In this document: positions 5,903 to 18,000 of the stretch, in pieces | Numbering within the stretch: the first letter of the stretch is position 1 | Layout: every line of letters starts with the position of its first letter | IMG/VR virus record: IMGVR_UViG_3300032280_000195 | Span: 1-27,145 of that record | DNA from: a virus | Taxonomy: Duplodnaviria > Caudoviricetes | Reading direction: 5' to 3' (one strand) | Length of the DNA: 27,145 nt | Position numbers and translations under genes: made by a program | Notes under the pieces: generated by a model | Told to the model about the DNA's origin: nothing | The model's input: only the letters and a program-made list of their open reading frames with translations | Database searches by the model: none

Positions 5903-8890
5903 ATGACTCCGCTCGATTTGATGGCGGCGGTTTTGCCGTCTCCGGGTAATGGCTATTACTGCGCGGTAGAACTCTCTAAGAAGAAACAACACGTCTTCGG
6001 ACAAACCCTTGAGGAACTCATGCCCACCGTTGAGAAGTGGGCGCAAGCTGGATACGACACCTACTTTGCACTCGGCACGTTTGGGACGGACAAGGACCGC
6101 ACCAAAGACAACATGCACGCTAGCCAAGTGCTGGCCGTGGACCTTGACTGCAACCACTCCAAAGACATCCCTGTGCCGGACAAGCACGGTGAGCTGGTCA
6201 TCAAGGCCAAGTCATACCCAAGCGCCAAAGCTGCGGCGCAAGCCTTGCAGAAATTTTGCGAAGACACCGGGCTGGCCGCGCTGGGCGACCCTTGGCTGGT
6301 TCACTCGGGCGGGGGCATCCACGCTTACTGGCCGCTGGACGAGATGCTGTTCAAGGACGAGTGGTACGCCTTTGCCAAACGCTTCAAAGAGATGTGCCTC
6401 AAGCACGGGCTGGCCATCGACACCGCTGTCACAGGCGATGCTTCCCGAGTCTTACGCGTACCTGACACCATCAACACCGGGATCAAGAACGGCAAGGCGG
6501 TACGCGCAGCAACGAAGGTGCGCAGCATCTCCGAGGGCAACCGGTTTGCGGTGGACGACATCGAGGCCATCATGACGGCCGAGGGGTTCGGCCCTGAGTT
6601 TGTGAAAATGCCCGCCAGCACATCGCTGGCGCTACCCGGACAAAGGCCGACGGGTGTCAGTGCACCGTCCATGTTGACTGCGCTTGCGCAAAACAGCGTG
6701 ACTTTGTTCAAAAAGATTTGGGTCAAAACCGAAAGCGGCACAGGCTGCGCCCAGCTCCAGCACTACGTGGACAACGCATCGGACGATGGCATGGAGCCGA
6801 TCTGGCGTGGGGTGCTCAGTTGGGCCAAGGTCTGCGCAGACGGCGAGAAGGCGGCTACGTGGCTGAGTGACCTGCACCCCTACCCTCATGAGCGTATGCA
6901 CCAGAAGCTGGCCGAGATCAAAGGCCCGTACTCATGCGCCGCAATGGACGACATGAACCCCGGCGTGTGCCGCAAATGCCCGCACTGGGGCAAGATCACC
7001 AACCCGCTGCTGTGGGGCCGAGAGATGGCGCTGACCACCGCCGAGACTACGGTCGAGGTTGAAAGCAGTGCCGTGGTCAATGCCGATACTGAGGCCGATA
7101 CTGTGCTGATCGCACAACCGGAACCACCACGGGGCTACGCCTTTGGTGCAAGGGGCGGCGTGTTCTTGGAACGTACCGAGGAGGATGCTGACGGCCACAA
7201 GGTGACAAAGCAACTGTTGCTTTGCTCCAACACTATTTTTCCCGTGGACGTGCTGAACAACAACGGTAGCCACGAGGTGCACTTTTGCGTCATCAAGAAC
7301 AAGCAACTGCACAACGTGCTGGTGCCCCAGAAATGTCTGGCCAGCAAGGACGAGACGATCAAGCACTTGGCCAACCAGAACGTCATGGCTGCGTTTGGTT
7401 CAGGCAACGACAAGAATTTTTACGACTACATCCGCGCCAGCGTTGAGAAGATCAGCGTGGAGCGGTCCCCTATCAACATGCCGCCAAGCTATGGCTGGCA
7501 AGACGATGGCACGTTTGTTTTTGCAAGTCGCGTGTACAGCGCAAACCGCCCACCCGTCATGGTTCCGATGACGGAGCTGCAAAACATTGTGAACAGCACC
7601 AAACCCACCGGCTCACTGGATGAGTGGAGAAAAGTCATCAACATGATGGTGCGGCGCAAGATGTGGGATCAGCTGGCTGTGGTGCTGGCCGGTGCTGCTG
7701 CTCCCTTGATGAAGTTCACGGGCTTGCTAGGCATGACGGTACACGTAGCGTCCACTGAGTCAGGTACGGGTAAGTCTTTGTCGTTGGATGCAGCTGCATC
7801 CATCTGGGGCCATCCGATCCACTACCGCACAGGCTCTGGCACATCGCCTGTTGCAATGCAGCAACGCCTCGGACACCTGCGCAGCTTGCCGCTCATCACG
7901 GACGAGATCACAACCAATAACCGCAAGGATTTCGAGTGGTTCCCCGCCTTCTTGTTCAGCATGAGCGAAGGGCGCGGCAAAGAGCGGATGGAGTCGGGCA
8001 CCAACAAGGAACGGTTAAACCTGTCCACATGGGCAACGCTGGCGCTGATGTCTTCCAACCGCCCTGCCGTTGACTACATGACAGGTGAGCGCAAGCACTC
8101 ATCCGAGGGTGAGCTGCGCCGCATGATTGAGTTCAACATGGACGTGAAGCTGGAGTGGACGCAAGATGAGATTGAGATCATCAAGACGCTGCCGTTTAAC
8201 TTTGCCGTGGCAGGGGAAATATTGGCGCAGTATCTGGTGGACAACGTCAGCATGTTGCGTGAATTGGTGCCTGAGTGTGTACGCCGGATGTACACCGAGT
8301 ACAAGGCCCCCAACGACGAGCGGTACTGGATGGCAGGTGTGGGCGCAATCGTTGCGGCAGGGCTGATCTTGAGCGACAAGCACACAGGCATTGTCAATAT
8401 CCCCTTGCAGGAGATCATCGAGTCGTACCGCCGTCAGATCGACCACCAGCGTCAGGCCATTAAAGGCGGCAAGCGCACCGCAGAGGACGTACTCAACGCG
8501 TTCACCCAAGAGTTCCAAGGCAAGTTCGTTATCGTCAAGTACGGCGAGAAGGCTGGCCCTGCGGCTATGTTTGGGGACGGCACGAGTGTCGGCAAGACCA
8601 CGACAAGGCAGGAAATCATGGGCCGGGTCGAGCATGGCGTCAATCCGGGCTACATCGACTACTACATTGAGGAGCGCCTGCTCCGTGCGTTCTGTTCCAA
8701 CATGAGCTTCAGCTACTCTACGTTCAAGCAGGACATTGCCCAATCGTTCATCGTGCAGCAGGTTCTCAAGAAGGACATGATGGCCAAGACAGATGGCCCG
8801 CCGATGCGTGTGTCTACACTGCGCTTGAGCGCGAACATGAGCACACTCGATGACTCGGTACTCCAGAGCATTCCCGTGGTTCCGGGTTGA
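5903..8890 (+). CDS. AEP (RepB-like) primase fused to DUF927 and a helicase/ATPase domain
   Basis: AAGGA RBS before ATG 5903; AEP motifs 'LAVDLD' and 'HSGGGIHAYW', 'DASRVLRVPDTIN'; Cys cluster 'GPYSC...C..CPH'; DUF927-like 'YGWQDDGTFV'; Walker A 'STESGTGKS', Walker B 'LITDE'. Confidence 0.88.
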   Translation: MTPLDLMAAVLPSPGNGYYCAVELSKKKQHVFGQTLEELMPTVEKWAQAGYDTYFALGTFGTDKDRTKDNMHASQVLAVDLDCNHSKDIPVPDKHGELVIKAKSYPSAKAAAQALQKFCEDTGLAALGDPWLVHSGGGIHAYWPLDEMLFKDEWYAFAKRFKEMCLKHGLAIDTAVTGDASRVLRVPDTINTGIKNGKAVRAATKVRSISEGNRFAVDDIEAIMTAEGFGPEFVKMPASTSLALPGQRPTGVSAPSMLTALAQNSVTLFKKIWVKTESGTGCAQLQHYVDNASDDGMEPIWRGVLSWAKVCADGEKAATWLSDLHPYPHERMHQKLAEIKGPYSCAAMDDMNPGVCRKCPHWGKITNPLLWGREMALTTAETTVEVESSAVVNADTEADTVLIAQPEPPRGYAFGARGGVFLERTEEDADGHKVTKQLLLCSNTIFPVDVLNNNGSHEVHFCVIKNKQLHNVLVPQKCLASKDETIKHLANQNVMAAFGSGNDKNFYDYIRASVEKISVERSPINMPPSYGWQDDGTFVFASRVYSANRPPVMVPMTELQNIVNSTKPTGSLDEWRKVINMMVRRKMWDQLAVVLAGAAAPLMKFTGLLGMTVHVASTESGTGKSLSLDAAASIWGHPIHYRTGSGTSPVAMQQRLGHLRSLPLITDEITTNNRKDFEWFPAFLFSMSEGRGKERMESGTNKERLNLSTWATLALMSSNRPAVDYMTGERKHSSEGELRRMIEFNMDVKLEWTQDEIEIIKTLPFNFAVAGEILAQYLVDNVSMLRELVPECVRRMYTEYKAPNDERYWMAGVGAIVAAGLILSDKHTGIVNIPLQEIIESYRRQIDHQRQAIKGGKRTAEDVLNAFTQEFQGKFVIVKYGEKAGPAAMFGDGTSVGKTTTRQEIMGRVEHGVNPGYIDYYIEERLLRAFCSNMSFSYSTFKQDIAQSFIVQQVLKKDMMAKTDGPPMRVSTLRLSANMSTLDDSVLQSIPVVPG

Positions 8891-9038
8891 GCGGGGGCAG
8901 GGGTTTTTCGTCCCTTGCCTCAACTCCGAACAAGTCCGCAAAGTCGGATTGAGTGAAGCGCTGCGCTGCCGCATCTTCGACGCCAAAGCCTACCCCGCCG
9001 TCCACAAAGGACTCAGCGGGGTGTGGTTCTATCGGTAG
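8850..9038 (+). CDS. Small hypothetical phage protein (62 aa)
   Basis: Protein-like pattern 'FPWFRVERGQGFFVPC...GVWFYR'; overlaps the primase 3' end and the end of the convergent giant gene. Confidence 0.55.
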   Translation: MTRYSRAFPWFRVERGQGFFVPCLNSEQVRKVGLSEALRCRIFDAKAYPAVHKGLSGVWFYR

Positions 9039-12000
9039 CGGCGTAGAAGTTAAGGGCCGTCTTGTTTTGCAGGTCTTTGAGTTGCTGCACCTTGGCTTCT
9101 TTTTCTTCACCAGACAACCGTGGGTTAGCCACAATCTTGCGCTCCATATCAAACAACTCTCCCATGCGCTGCCTAAATGCCCCCGCCATTGGTGCACCGA
9201 CAATCAAGGATGCGTTCTCTTTGGCATACGCAACAGCGCGGTCCTTCTGGCCCCGGTTTACCAAGTCCTTGTATGTCTGCTGCGCTTGGATAACGTCATC
9301 CATGCGTTCATACGCACGCTCAATGAGGAACCGGCCCTCGGAAGGCTGGAACAAGCCGCCAATAAACGGCTGGCGTGATGCGCCAACAGGCATCTTTTCT
9401 CCCTCGGCTTCGGAGCGCAACAGCGGGTTCAGCGTAGACATAAGCGCCACGCCAAGGCCCCCGGTATAACCGCGAACAAAATGCTCAATCAACAACGGAG
9501 AAATGCCGACCTCTCCGGTCACACTACCAAGCGTCTTGGCCAGTTCGGTCGTACCCGGACGGAATCGTGCGCCTGCTTCCAACAGCTTCTCACGCGCCGA
9601 CTCGATTGGCCCAAAAGCGGTTTCACCGTAGAAGGCTTCGATAATCGGTTTGGGGGCAGCAGGAACCACGCCCGGAGCCGAGTTAAGAATCAGTTTACCA
9701 ATGGCTTTTGCCGCTTCTTTGCCGGTAGCGTTGCCCATGGCAACATCGACCATAGCCTGCGGCAAGCCCATGAAAAGCAAACCTACTTCAAACGGCACAG
9801 GCAGTTTAAGTGGGTCTTTAACAAACGGGATGTTCACAAAGAAGTTGCTGTACCGCTCTTCGGGTTTGGCTTTCTTGTAGTCATCATCGTCTTGCATCAT
9901 GAAGGCGTAAGCCAACGACCCCGCAAACAACAGGGAACCACGCGCCACAATCTTACGCTGAATTTCCAACTGCTCGCTAAACGGCATGTCACCCTTAAAC
10001 GACCGGTACAACACGTCCAAACCTTGAATCTGGGCGTTGAAGAACGGCACCAGCGTGCTCATTACTTGCATGCTAGGCGACAGACCTCGACGGCCGAAGT
10101 TGGCCGACTCCATGGTGCGGAACTGCGCTTTGGCCTTAGAGAACCCCTTGTTAAGCGAGTCGTTGTAAATCGTTGTGCGCGTGGCAGCATCCGCTTGCAG
10201 TGCAAGGGTGTCCAGTTTGCCCAAGAATTTGTCCCAGCCCCCACGCCCAGAAGACACGCTGTTCAAGAACTTCTGCATGTCGGCTTCGCCGCCGGTGTAG
10301 ATGTTGGAGCTGACAACAAGCCCGCGCATAAGTTCCCGTTCAGCAGGGTTGATGCCTGTCTGCATCTTGGCCAACTCACGCAAAGCGTTGGCAATCGGAA
10401 CCCCGTCCACGCCAGAGACAATAAAAGCGTTGACCGGTTCGCGCACCAACTGCCGCACAACGTAAGCAGGGCTTCGCGTAATAAATGTTCGCAAGATGTC
10501 CGCAGGGATACCCAGCATCTTCACGATAGATGGAATGGTGGTCTTGATACCCTCCATACCGCGCACGATCAACTCGGCGGGAATACCGAACGTATCGGAA
10601 TCAATCACAGCAAAGTAATCTTCCCCGTCAACTTTGTAGTGAACGGTGTCGGGGTTTGCAAGCCCCGCCCCCTTACCCATTTTGGAAACAAACCCCGCCT
10701 TGTACATAGCGTTTGTTGTTTCCATAGTGGCTTTGTTGTGCATGGCCATGCGGGTGAGCATGAACGTGTTTTGCACAGCGCTGGTCAGGATCGGTTGAAT
10801 CTTCTGCTCGTCGCCCAAGAACTGTTTGAGATCGGGGTTGTCTTTAAGGTTGCCGATTGTGATTGGGCGCTCGCCCAGCACAAACAGTTTGACGTTGCCT
10901 TCTTCTACGCGGTAGAAAGGCACGTAGGGTTGCTTGTTCAGACGCCGGACTTCGTCCTTGCTCAAGTACCCTGTTTGTGCGGCCAAGTTCAGCAAACCTT
11001 CGTTGTACGTCTTGTACTCGCGCATCGCTTCTTCCATGGCCGCTTTGACCTCGGGGTTGGCGTTCATCTTGTTGACGTAAGCGGTGTACTCGGCTTTAGC
11101 TCCGGCGGGGTCTTTGGCTTGCAACCGCTCCCAACCGTTGGCCACAGCGTTGGCACGCTGTCCGGCAATAAGTACCGTGAGCATTGTCTCGGCTTCTTGG
11201 GGGTTCATGCCCCCCGCTTTGGCCCCACGCTCGATAGCAGTGCTCATCTTGACAAGGTTTGCGCCAGCGACGGACTCGTAGCGGTATTCCGTGGCAGTAC
11301 CGACTTTGTCAGCTACGATGCGAACCGGGCCATCCGTAATAAACTGGCCAGCAGCTTGCGTAACTTTGTCGCTCATGCGCATGAAATACTGGGCATTGAA
11401 TGCTTCAGTGGACGACAGCTTGCCTGCGCCTTCGGCTTTCACAATACCTTCGTCGGCAGCAGCCAAACGGTCAATGTACTGCACACGCCCGGACAGCCCA
11501 AACAAGTTACCCCGCAGAGTGTCCAGTTTGTTTGGCTCGTACCCAACAATAGCGGACGTAGGCGGAGCTTCGCGGCGGAAGACCGAAGGCACAGATTGTT
11601 TGCCAACACTCAATGTGTTCGATGGCGTGTAGATTTGTTTGATGAGGGCGCTGGTCTGGTCGCTGATCTTTGCAATCGGCTGGTTGCTCCACAGACGAGT
11701 CAGCGCGTGCCAGAACCGTTTGTACCAAGGCTGCTGATCTACGGCAGCGCGGAACTCACGGTTGGATTGCATCTCCGACACAAACTCTTCTACGTCGCTG
11801 ATACCGTACTGAGTTGCCAAGTCACGACGTTTCTCAAGTTGTTTGAAAATAGCCGTGATTTCTCGTTTAGCGTTGCGTTGCTGCGGTGTCAGGTTGGAAT
11901 CGGGCGCACGCATTACTTGCAACGTAACCGCGTGAACAGCTTCGTGCACAAGGTTTTCGTCTGTGATTTCGCCCGGGCGGATCATTACAGTGTTGTTGGA

Positions 12001-15000
12001 AGGGCTGTACAAAGCGGGCACAGGCTGCCCATCGTGCATCAGGTCTGGCACTGTCACAACTTTGGTGCGCAGCAACAACCGGCGAATGTCGTTTGCGGTT
12101 TCTCGTATCAACGGGTTGTTACTGTCTACCGCCAGTCTTTCAATGGCCTCAACAAAACGCCCATCGTTGATGGCTTCTTGGACCGCTGGATTCGATTCCT
12201 CTTGCGTAGATGTGGAATACACCGTAGCTACGTCAAAGCTGCCTTCATCGCGGATGCCGCGGCGGCCGCTTTGTTCGGCTCGCTCAAGTCCAGCGTCAGC
12301 TTCTTCGGTGCCGGGTTTAGCAGAGATACGCAAGTTATCTTCAATGGCTTCTTCCGCTTGTTGCTTAGCCGACTTGTTAGGCGTAAACCCCGCAGCTACG
12401 TTAGCTTCGGCATCTCTAAGCATTTCAAATGCGCGGTCTTTTGCCTGCTCCGCATCGTCCCTTGCGTCTCCTGCCAACTCTTTGGCCGCAGGTGTTTTGG
12501 CTGCTTTGTAATCAGCGTCAGCTTTTTCAAAGACTGCGCGTGCGGCGTTGTACCGTTCCTTTGCTGCAACAACTGCGGCAGCTCCGGGCACTTTAATCAG
12601 GTCGTTACCCTCTTTAATTTTTTCTTTGATCTGCGCATCAGTCATGCCGTCAGTAGCGGCATCAAAAGCTGCGTTGAGTTCAGCTTTGCGATCCCCGGTA
12701 GCGGCGTCCAGTTTTTGTTTCAGCACCGCCAAACTTACCGAGTTAGCATCGGCGCGGTTCATATCCGCAGCCGTCAGACGCACTACGCCTGCTTGCATGG
12801 GCCTGTTGCCCTTGGAAATAGCTTCCCGTGACTCTTCTGTACCAGACAGCATCTGGCTTGGGGGCTGCGTGCCAACACGGGCAACAGGCCCAACTTTGCG
12901 GCGACCAAGGCGGGTATCGGGTTCGGCCAACGGTTGCACGCGTTCAGCTGTACGATCTTCAGCGCCTTCGCCAACGGGCGTAATAACACGCTCGCCCAAC
13001 TGAGTTACGCTTTCGTAGTCACTCTCAAGCTGTTTGATAATAGGTGTGAGCCGCTGAACTTCTGGCACGTTGTTTTGGGCCTGTGCTTTTTCCAGCTCCG
13101 CTCTGCGCAAGGCAAGCGTGTCGCGTACCACCTTGCGTGTCTTGACCACCAAAGAAGATGTAGTGTCGCTTTCAAAACGTGTGCCGGGCAAGTCCAAACC
13201 TTCGCGGATACGGGCCAACGCAGCACGTTCTTCGTTGGTGTATTTGAATGCCGCCAGCTGATCTTGCGGTTTTTTGGCTGCAGCTTCGCGCTCGGCAATT
13301 TTTGCCTTTGCAAGCGCTTGATTGGCTTTCTTTAACTGCTCGGTTATCGCTGCGTTTTCTTTTGCTTTAGCCTCAAGCTCAGGAGTCAGCGTTTGGATTT
13401 TTGTAACTTCGTTGTCAATTACGTTTTTGATGTCGTCGCCGTAAGCACGAGTCAATCCCAACTGCTCAAGGCGAGCTTTCTTGTACGCAAACTGGTACTG
13501 CGCAAGTTCTTCTGCGGTCTTGTTGTAGGTATTCAGCAGCGAGTTGTAGGCGCCAAAGCCGTAACGACGCGCCCAATCAGACAGCCGCATCTCCGTTATG
13601 TCGCTAACTTCGCCCGGCTCAATAGGCAGCAGTGCCGACTGACGCTCGTTTGCAGTAGCCAATTCAGCCAACGCAGCGTTTTTGCTTGCCGAGTCTGGAA
13701 GTTTTTCTGTTGCCGCAATTTGTTTTTGCGTTCCGGCAAGCATTTCATTGAGCTTGCGCTTTGCAGACGCAAGCTCTAATTCGGCAAACCCCAGCTCCTG
13801 CGACGCAATCAGCGCATTGCTGTTTTTCTCTTTAACCAACGCGTTGAACGACGTGGTCCACGCATCTTGCTTTTTACTTTGCTCTTTTTCAAGTTCGCGG
13901 ATAAGCGCCGCAATTTCGCGCAGTTGTTCGTCTACTGTGAATGAGACTGTCTTTTGTTCCTTATCGTCAAACACAGACCCGCGACGTGCAGTGAAGCGGC
14001 CTGTTGTGCTGAGCAGTTTTTCGCGTTCAGCATTCAGTCGTGCAAGCACTTCGCCTACAGTGTTGCCTGCCGTTGTTGTTTTAAGCGCGGCATAGGTTTG
14101 CTGCATGTTCTCGACCTGCTGCAATTGCGCAGGTTCCAAACCGCTTGCCAAGAGCTTTTCAATTTCGGCTTCAACGTCTGTGGCTACGCTGTCAGGGTAC
14201 ACCTGCTTAAGCGCAGCGTTCATGTTCTCAATGTTTTTGGTAGCACTTGCAATCCGTTTTTCCAAAGACAGTTTTTCTGTTGTTTGGCTGTCGGCTTCTG
14301 CTTGAACTTCTTTTTGGTAAGCGCCAAGCATGCGGGATGTGAGCGCTATTTTTTCAACAGGTACAGGTGTTGCCGTCTTTTTGTCGATTTTGGTAATGCC
14401 CCAACTTGCCAACTTTTTGGGAAGCGTACGAGTTTTACCAGTGGAAGTGCGGTAGCCTTCGCCTGCAATCAAGCGCTCGGCTTCGGCAGTGCCGGGAGTA
14501 GCGCCAGCACGAACAGCCTCTTGTTGTTCGTAGGCACGTTGACGGCGCTCAAGGTCGGTTATCTCAGCACGGACTTTTTCTTGCTGCTGCAAGTTGTCTT
14601 GCAAAGCGTCTTCCGCAAGTTTGCGTTTGCTGCCTTTAACAAGGTTGTTAAAGTAGTTGATCTCTTTGCGTTGCGTTTCGGCACGCTCAAGGTCACGGGC
14701 AGTTGCGTCAATCCGCTTAGGGTAGCGCCTGCTAAGCACCGCTGTTTTTTGCGCAGGCCATGTTTTTACAATCGGGTCGTTTGATTGAATCAAGAACGCT
14801 TCGTACTCTTCCGTTTTCATGGCCGCTACTTGGCGTAGGTAACGGGTGGGGTCCGAATCGCCAGACGCCCGCGCTTTGCGCAGCGTTTCTTCCACGTTCT
14901 TCAATGCAACCAAACGCTGCTTGGCATCCTGCATTTTGGCAGGGTCAACGGGTCTTAGGCCAGCACGTCGTTCAAAGCCGGGCAGCGTGCGGGTGCGAGA

Positions 15001-18000
15001 GTCCTCTTGTTCTACGCGTTCGCGTTCACGGGCTTGTGCAAACTCGTCAAAGCGATCGCTTCGGCGGCCAGAAGCTTCTTGAAGCCGTGCTTCAGTTTTT
15101 TCAATTTCATCTTCGACTTGCTTTAAGCGCGGTGTTTCTTTAGAAAACTTATCGGCAAGCGCCTGCAATTGAGGTGTTGCCCCAACTTGACTACGGCGCT
15201 CCATGCCTGCGCGAATGTCGTCGCGTTCTTGGTACAGGGCATCCAACTCGCGCTGGATACGGTTAGCTTTACCGCGTGCTTCTTCCAGACCACCAAACAA
15301 ATCAGCAGTACCGGGGGCGGTATCTTCGGCTTCATACGCAGGGGTCTGGCGTTCTACCAAACCGGCATACTGGGTTTGTACCGCTTCCAGTTCTGTCTGT
15401 GTGCTGTCGCGCAAATCTTTGAGGTCGTTAAGACGCGCCAGTTTTTCAGGGTCGGTAGGACGCCCGGCTTTTTGAATAGCCGCGCTGTATTCTTTTGAAC
15501 GTGCTCGCAGCTCTTTAGCCCGGTCCACCAAGTCTGCGGCTTGCTCAATCGGGGCAGCGCCGCTCTTCTGTGCAGCGGGCTTGGCCGGTGCTGGGGTGGA
15601 GGTGTCTTTGACCTTAAAACCCTCTTCGTCAAACTGAACACGACGGCCCTCACGTTCTCCCGTGGGCACACTTGTGGCAAGTTCTTTCTGTGCTTCAACG
15701 TCAAACAACGAGGCTTGGCCAAGCTCTTGTTTCTTTTCACGCGCTTGTTTAGCTTTTGCTTCGTCCGCAGTACGAGGCTTTTCGCCAGTAGCATAAGGTA
15801 GCAGGCGGTCAATCAGCTCTGCAACACGCGCATCGCTTGCTTGCGTAATTTGGGTGTCAATATCAGCTTCACGAACCGCTTTGTCTCGCCCAATTTTTAA
15901 CTTGCGCTCAACTTGTGCAAGAGCTTTTTGAATGGCGTCTGTCTCGGTATTTACCAACTCCAAGGCTTTTGACGGGCCGTATGCGGAAAATTTTTCGTAC
16001 TCAGCCTCAAGTTCTTTAAGTTTGTCTTTGAGTTGAGTGCGCAGCTTCTCACGGTCCCCAACACGAAATGCGTTTTCTTTGGCTTCTTTATCAAACGATG
16101 CCCAGTCCTGCTCGTTTTCTTGCACCAACAAACTGGCGCGTGTGGTTTGATTGAGTTTGCCGCCGGGCTGCACGCGGTAGGGTTGGGCAAACTTCAAGCG
16201 TTCGCTGGCGGGCTTGCTGGCTTGGCGCATTATCTCACGCGCTTCGTCCAGTCGTGCTTTGCGTAAACCTACTTCAAAGTCGGTAAGCCCTTTATCGCCC
16301 ATGCGAAACAGCGCTTCGGTTTCTTTAGCAACGGTTTGACTACGGAGCTTGGCTTCTTCCCTAGCTGTTGCAATTTCGTCAGCCAGTGCAGGACCGCTTG
16401 GCACGCTACGTATGCGATTTAACTTTTGCTCTGCGGTTGCAATACCTTGTGTAAGTTCAGCGCGTTTTTCGGGATCGGTTGTTTCGCGCAAACGAGCGTT
16501 AAGCGCTTTGATCGCCATCCGCAAATCGGCTAAACGTTCATAATCATCGGTATTAAAATCTAGCGTAGTTTGCTTTTCCGCTTCAGCCAGTTGTGGGGTT
16601 AAACGGCGAATAGCGTCAACGTCACCGTTTGCTTTGGCAACATCCATCTTGTCACGCAAGTCGCTTACGGACGGCATTTGCGTTACGGTTTTTACAAACG
16701 GTTTGAACTGTTGTAGGTTCTGGAGCGCGGCTTCCGTCCTATCCATGCGGGCAATAATTGCCTGCTCTTGTTCGGTAGTTGCTGCGTCAACAAGTTGCTG
16801 CTGCAGCTGCTGTACCGCGGTCTTAAGTTGTTTCTCGGCTGCACTGTACACACCCGCATCGGGCACCAGTTTTTCAAGCGTGTCTTCCAGTGCGTTGATT
16901 TGGTTTTGAAACGGTTGCTGTTGAACAGGCGGCAGGCCTGCTTGTTTCTTTTTCAGGTCGTCGATACGTGTTTTGAGCTGCGCGGCTTGCTCAATATCGG
17001 ACGTATCTTCCGCTGCATACGCAGGCTCTTTACCAAAAACCGCTTCGGTAGCTTTCTTTTCTGCTTCTATTTTGCGCAGGAGAGGCGTTGCTTCAACGCG
17101 TTCTTGCACCAGTGACTCGTACTCAGGCGACGCCCTAAAGTCTTTAAGCTCTTGAACCGCTAATTTCTTTTGTTCGGCGGCAAATTGCTTAGCTGCTGGG
17201 TCTGTACCTTCTGGCTTAATTTTGGTTTTTTCTTCAAGCGTTTTTTCTTGCTTGACCAATGCGTCGTAACGAGTCTGCAAATCAGTCAAGTACTCTGGCT
17301 TGGTTCGTTCTGCTGCCAGTTGTTGTTTTGCTTCTTCGGCGCGTTGCGCTTCAACTTTGGCGGCGGCTTCAGTCTCAAGACGTTGGGCCTCTCTTGCTTG
17401 GGACCTTGCGCTGCCGCGCTCAAATGCACGGCCGACAGGGGCCAGTGTGCCGCCCAGTACTGCGCCGCCGATGAAGCTGTCAATGTACTCTTTGCGGGCT
17501 TCGGGGTCTGCGATGTTCAGGCCAGCTTGCAAGCGCTCCAGCACCTGTTGCGTAGCTTCGGTCACGCCTTCCCGTCCTGCGGTTACACCTGTCTTAGCGG
17601 TGTAGTCCAAGACAGTTTTGCCCAGCGTCTGGTTGGCGATCGCTTTGGCTTGCTCAGTTGTCAGCTTGGAGCCCACAGAGCCAAACAGCTTGCCGATACC
17701 GGGAATCAACGCCATAGCGGCAGTGTCAATCAGTGCTTGTGGGACGGCTGCAGCAGCGGCTTTGCCGAGGCTGGCCTCTTCAAGCGTCTTGCCTGTATCT
17801 ACCTGAGCGCCAAGGTTGGAAGCCGTGAACTGCCCTGCGGACACAGCGCCTGCGCCCAGCAAACCCAAGCCCGCAGCAACAGGTACCGATACTGGAGCCG
17901 CCAAAGCGGCAAGACCTGCAGCAGCAGGGAGGGCCATGGACGGCAGCGATCCGCCAAGAAGTTCTCGGAACTTCAGGAACGGAGACTCAGCAAAACTGTC

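Noticed and set aside
9481-12831. 1116-aa ORF on the + strand
   Set aside because: Exactly in register antisense to the giant gene; explained by avoidance of TTA/CTA/TCA codons. The translation has no recognisable motifs.
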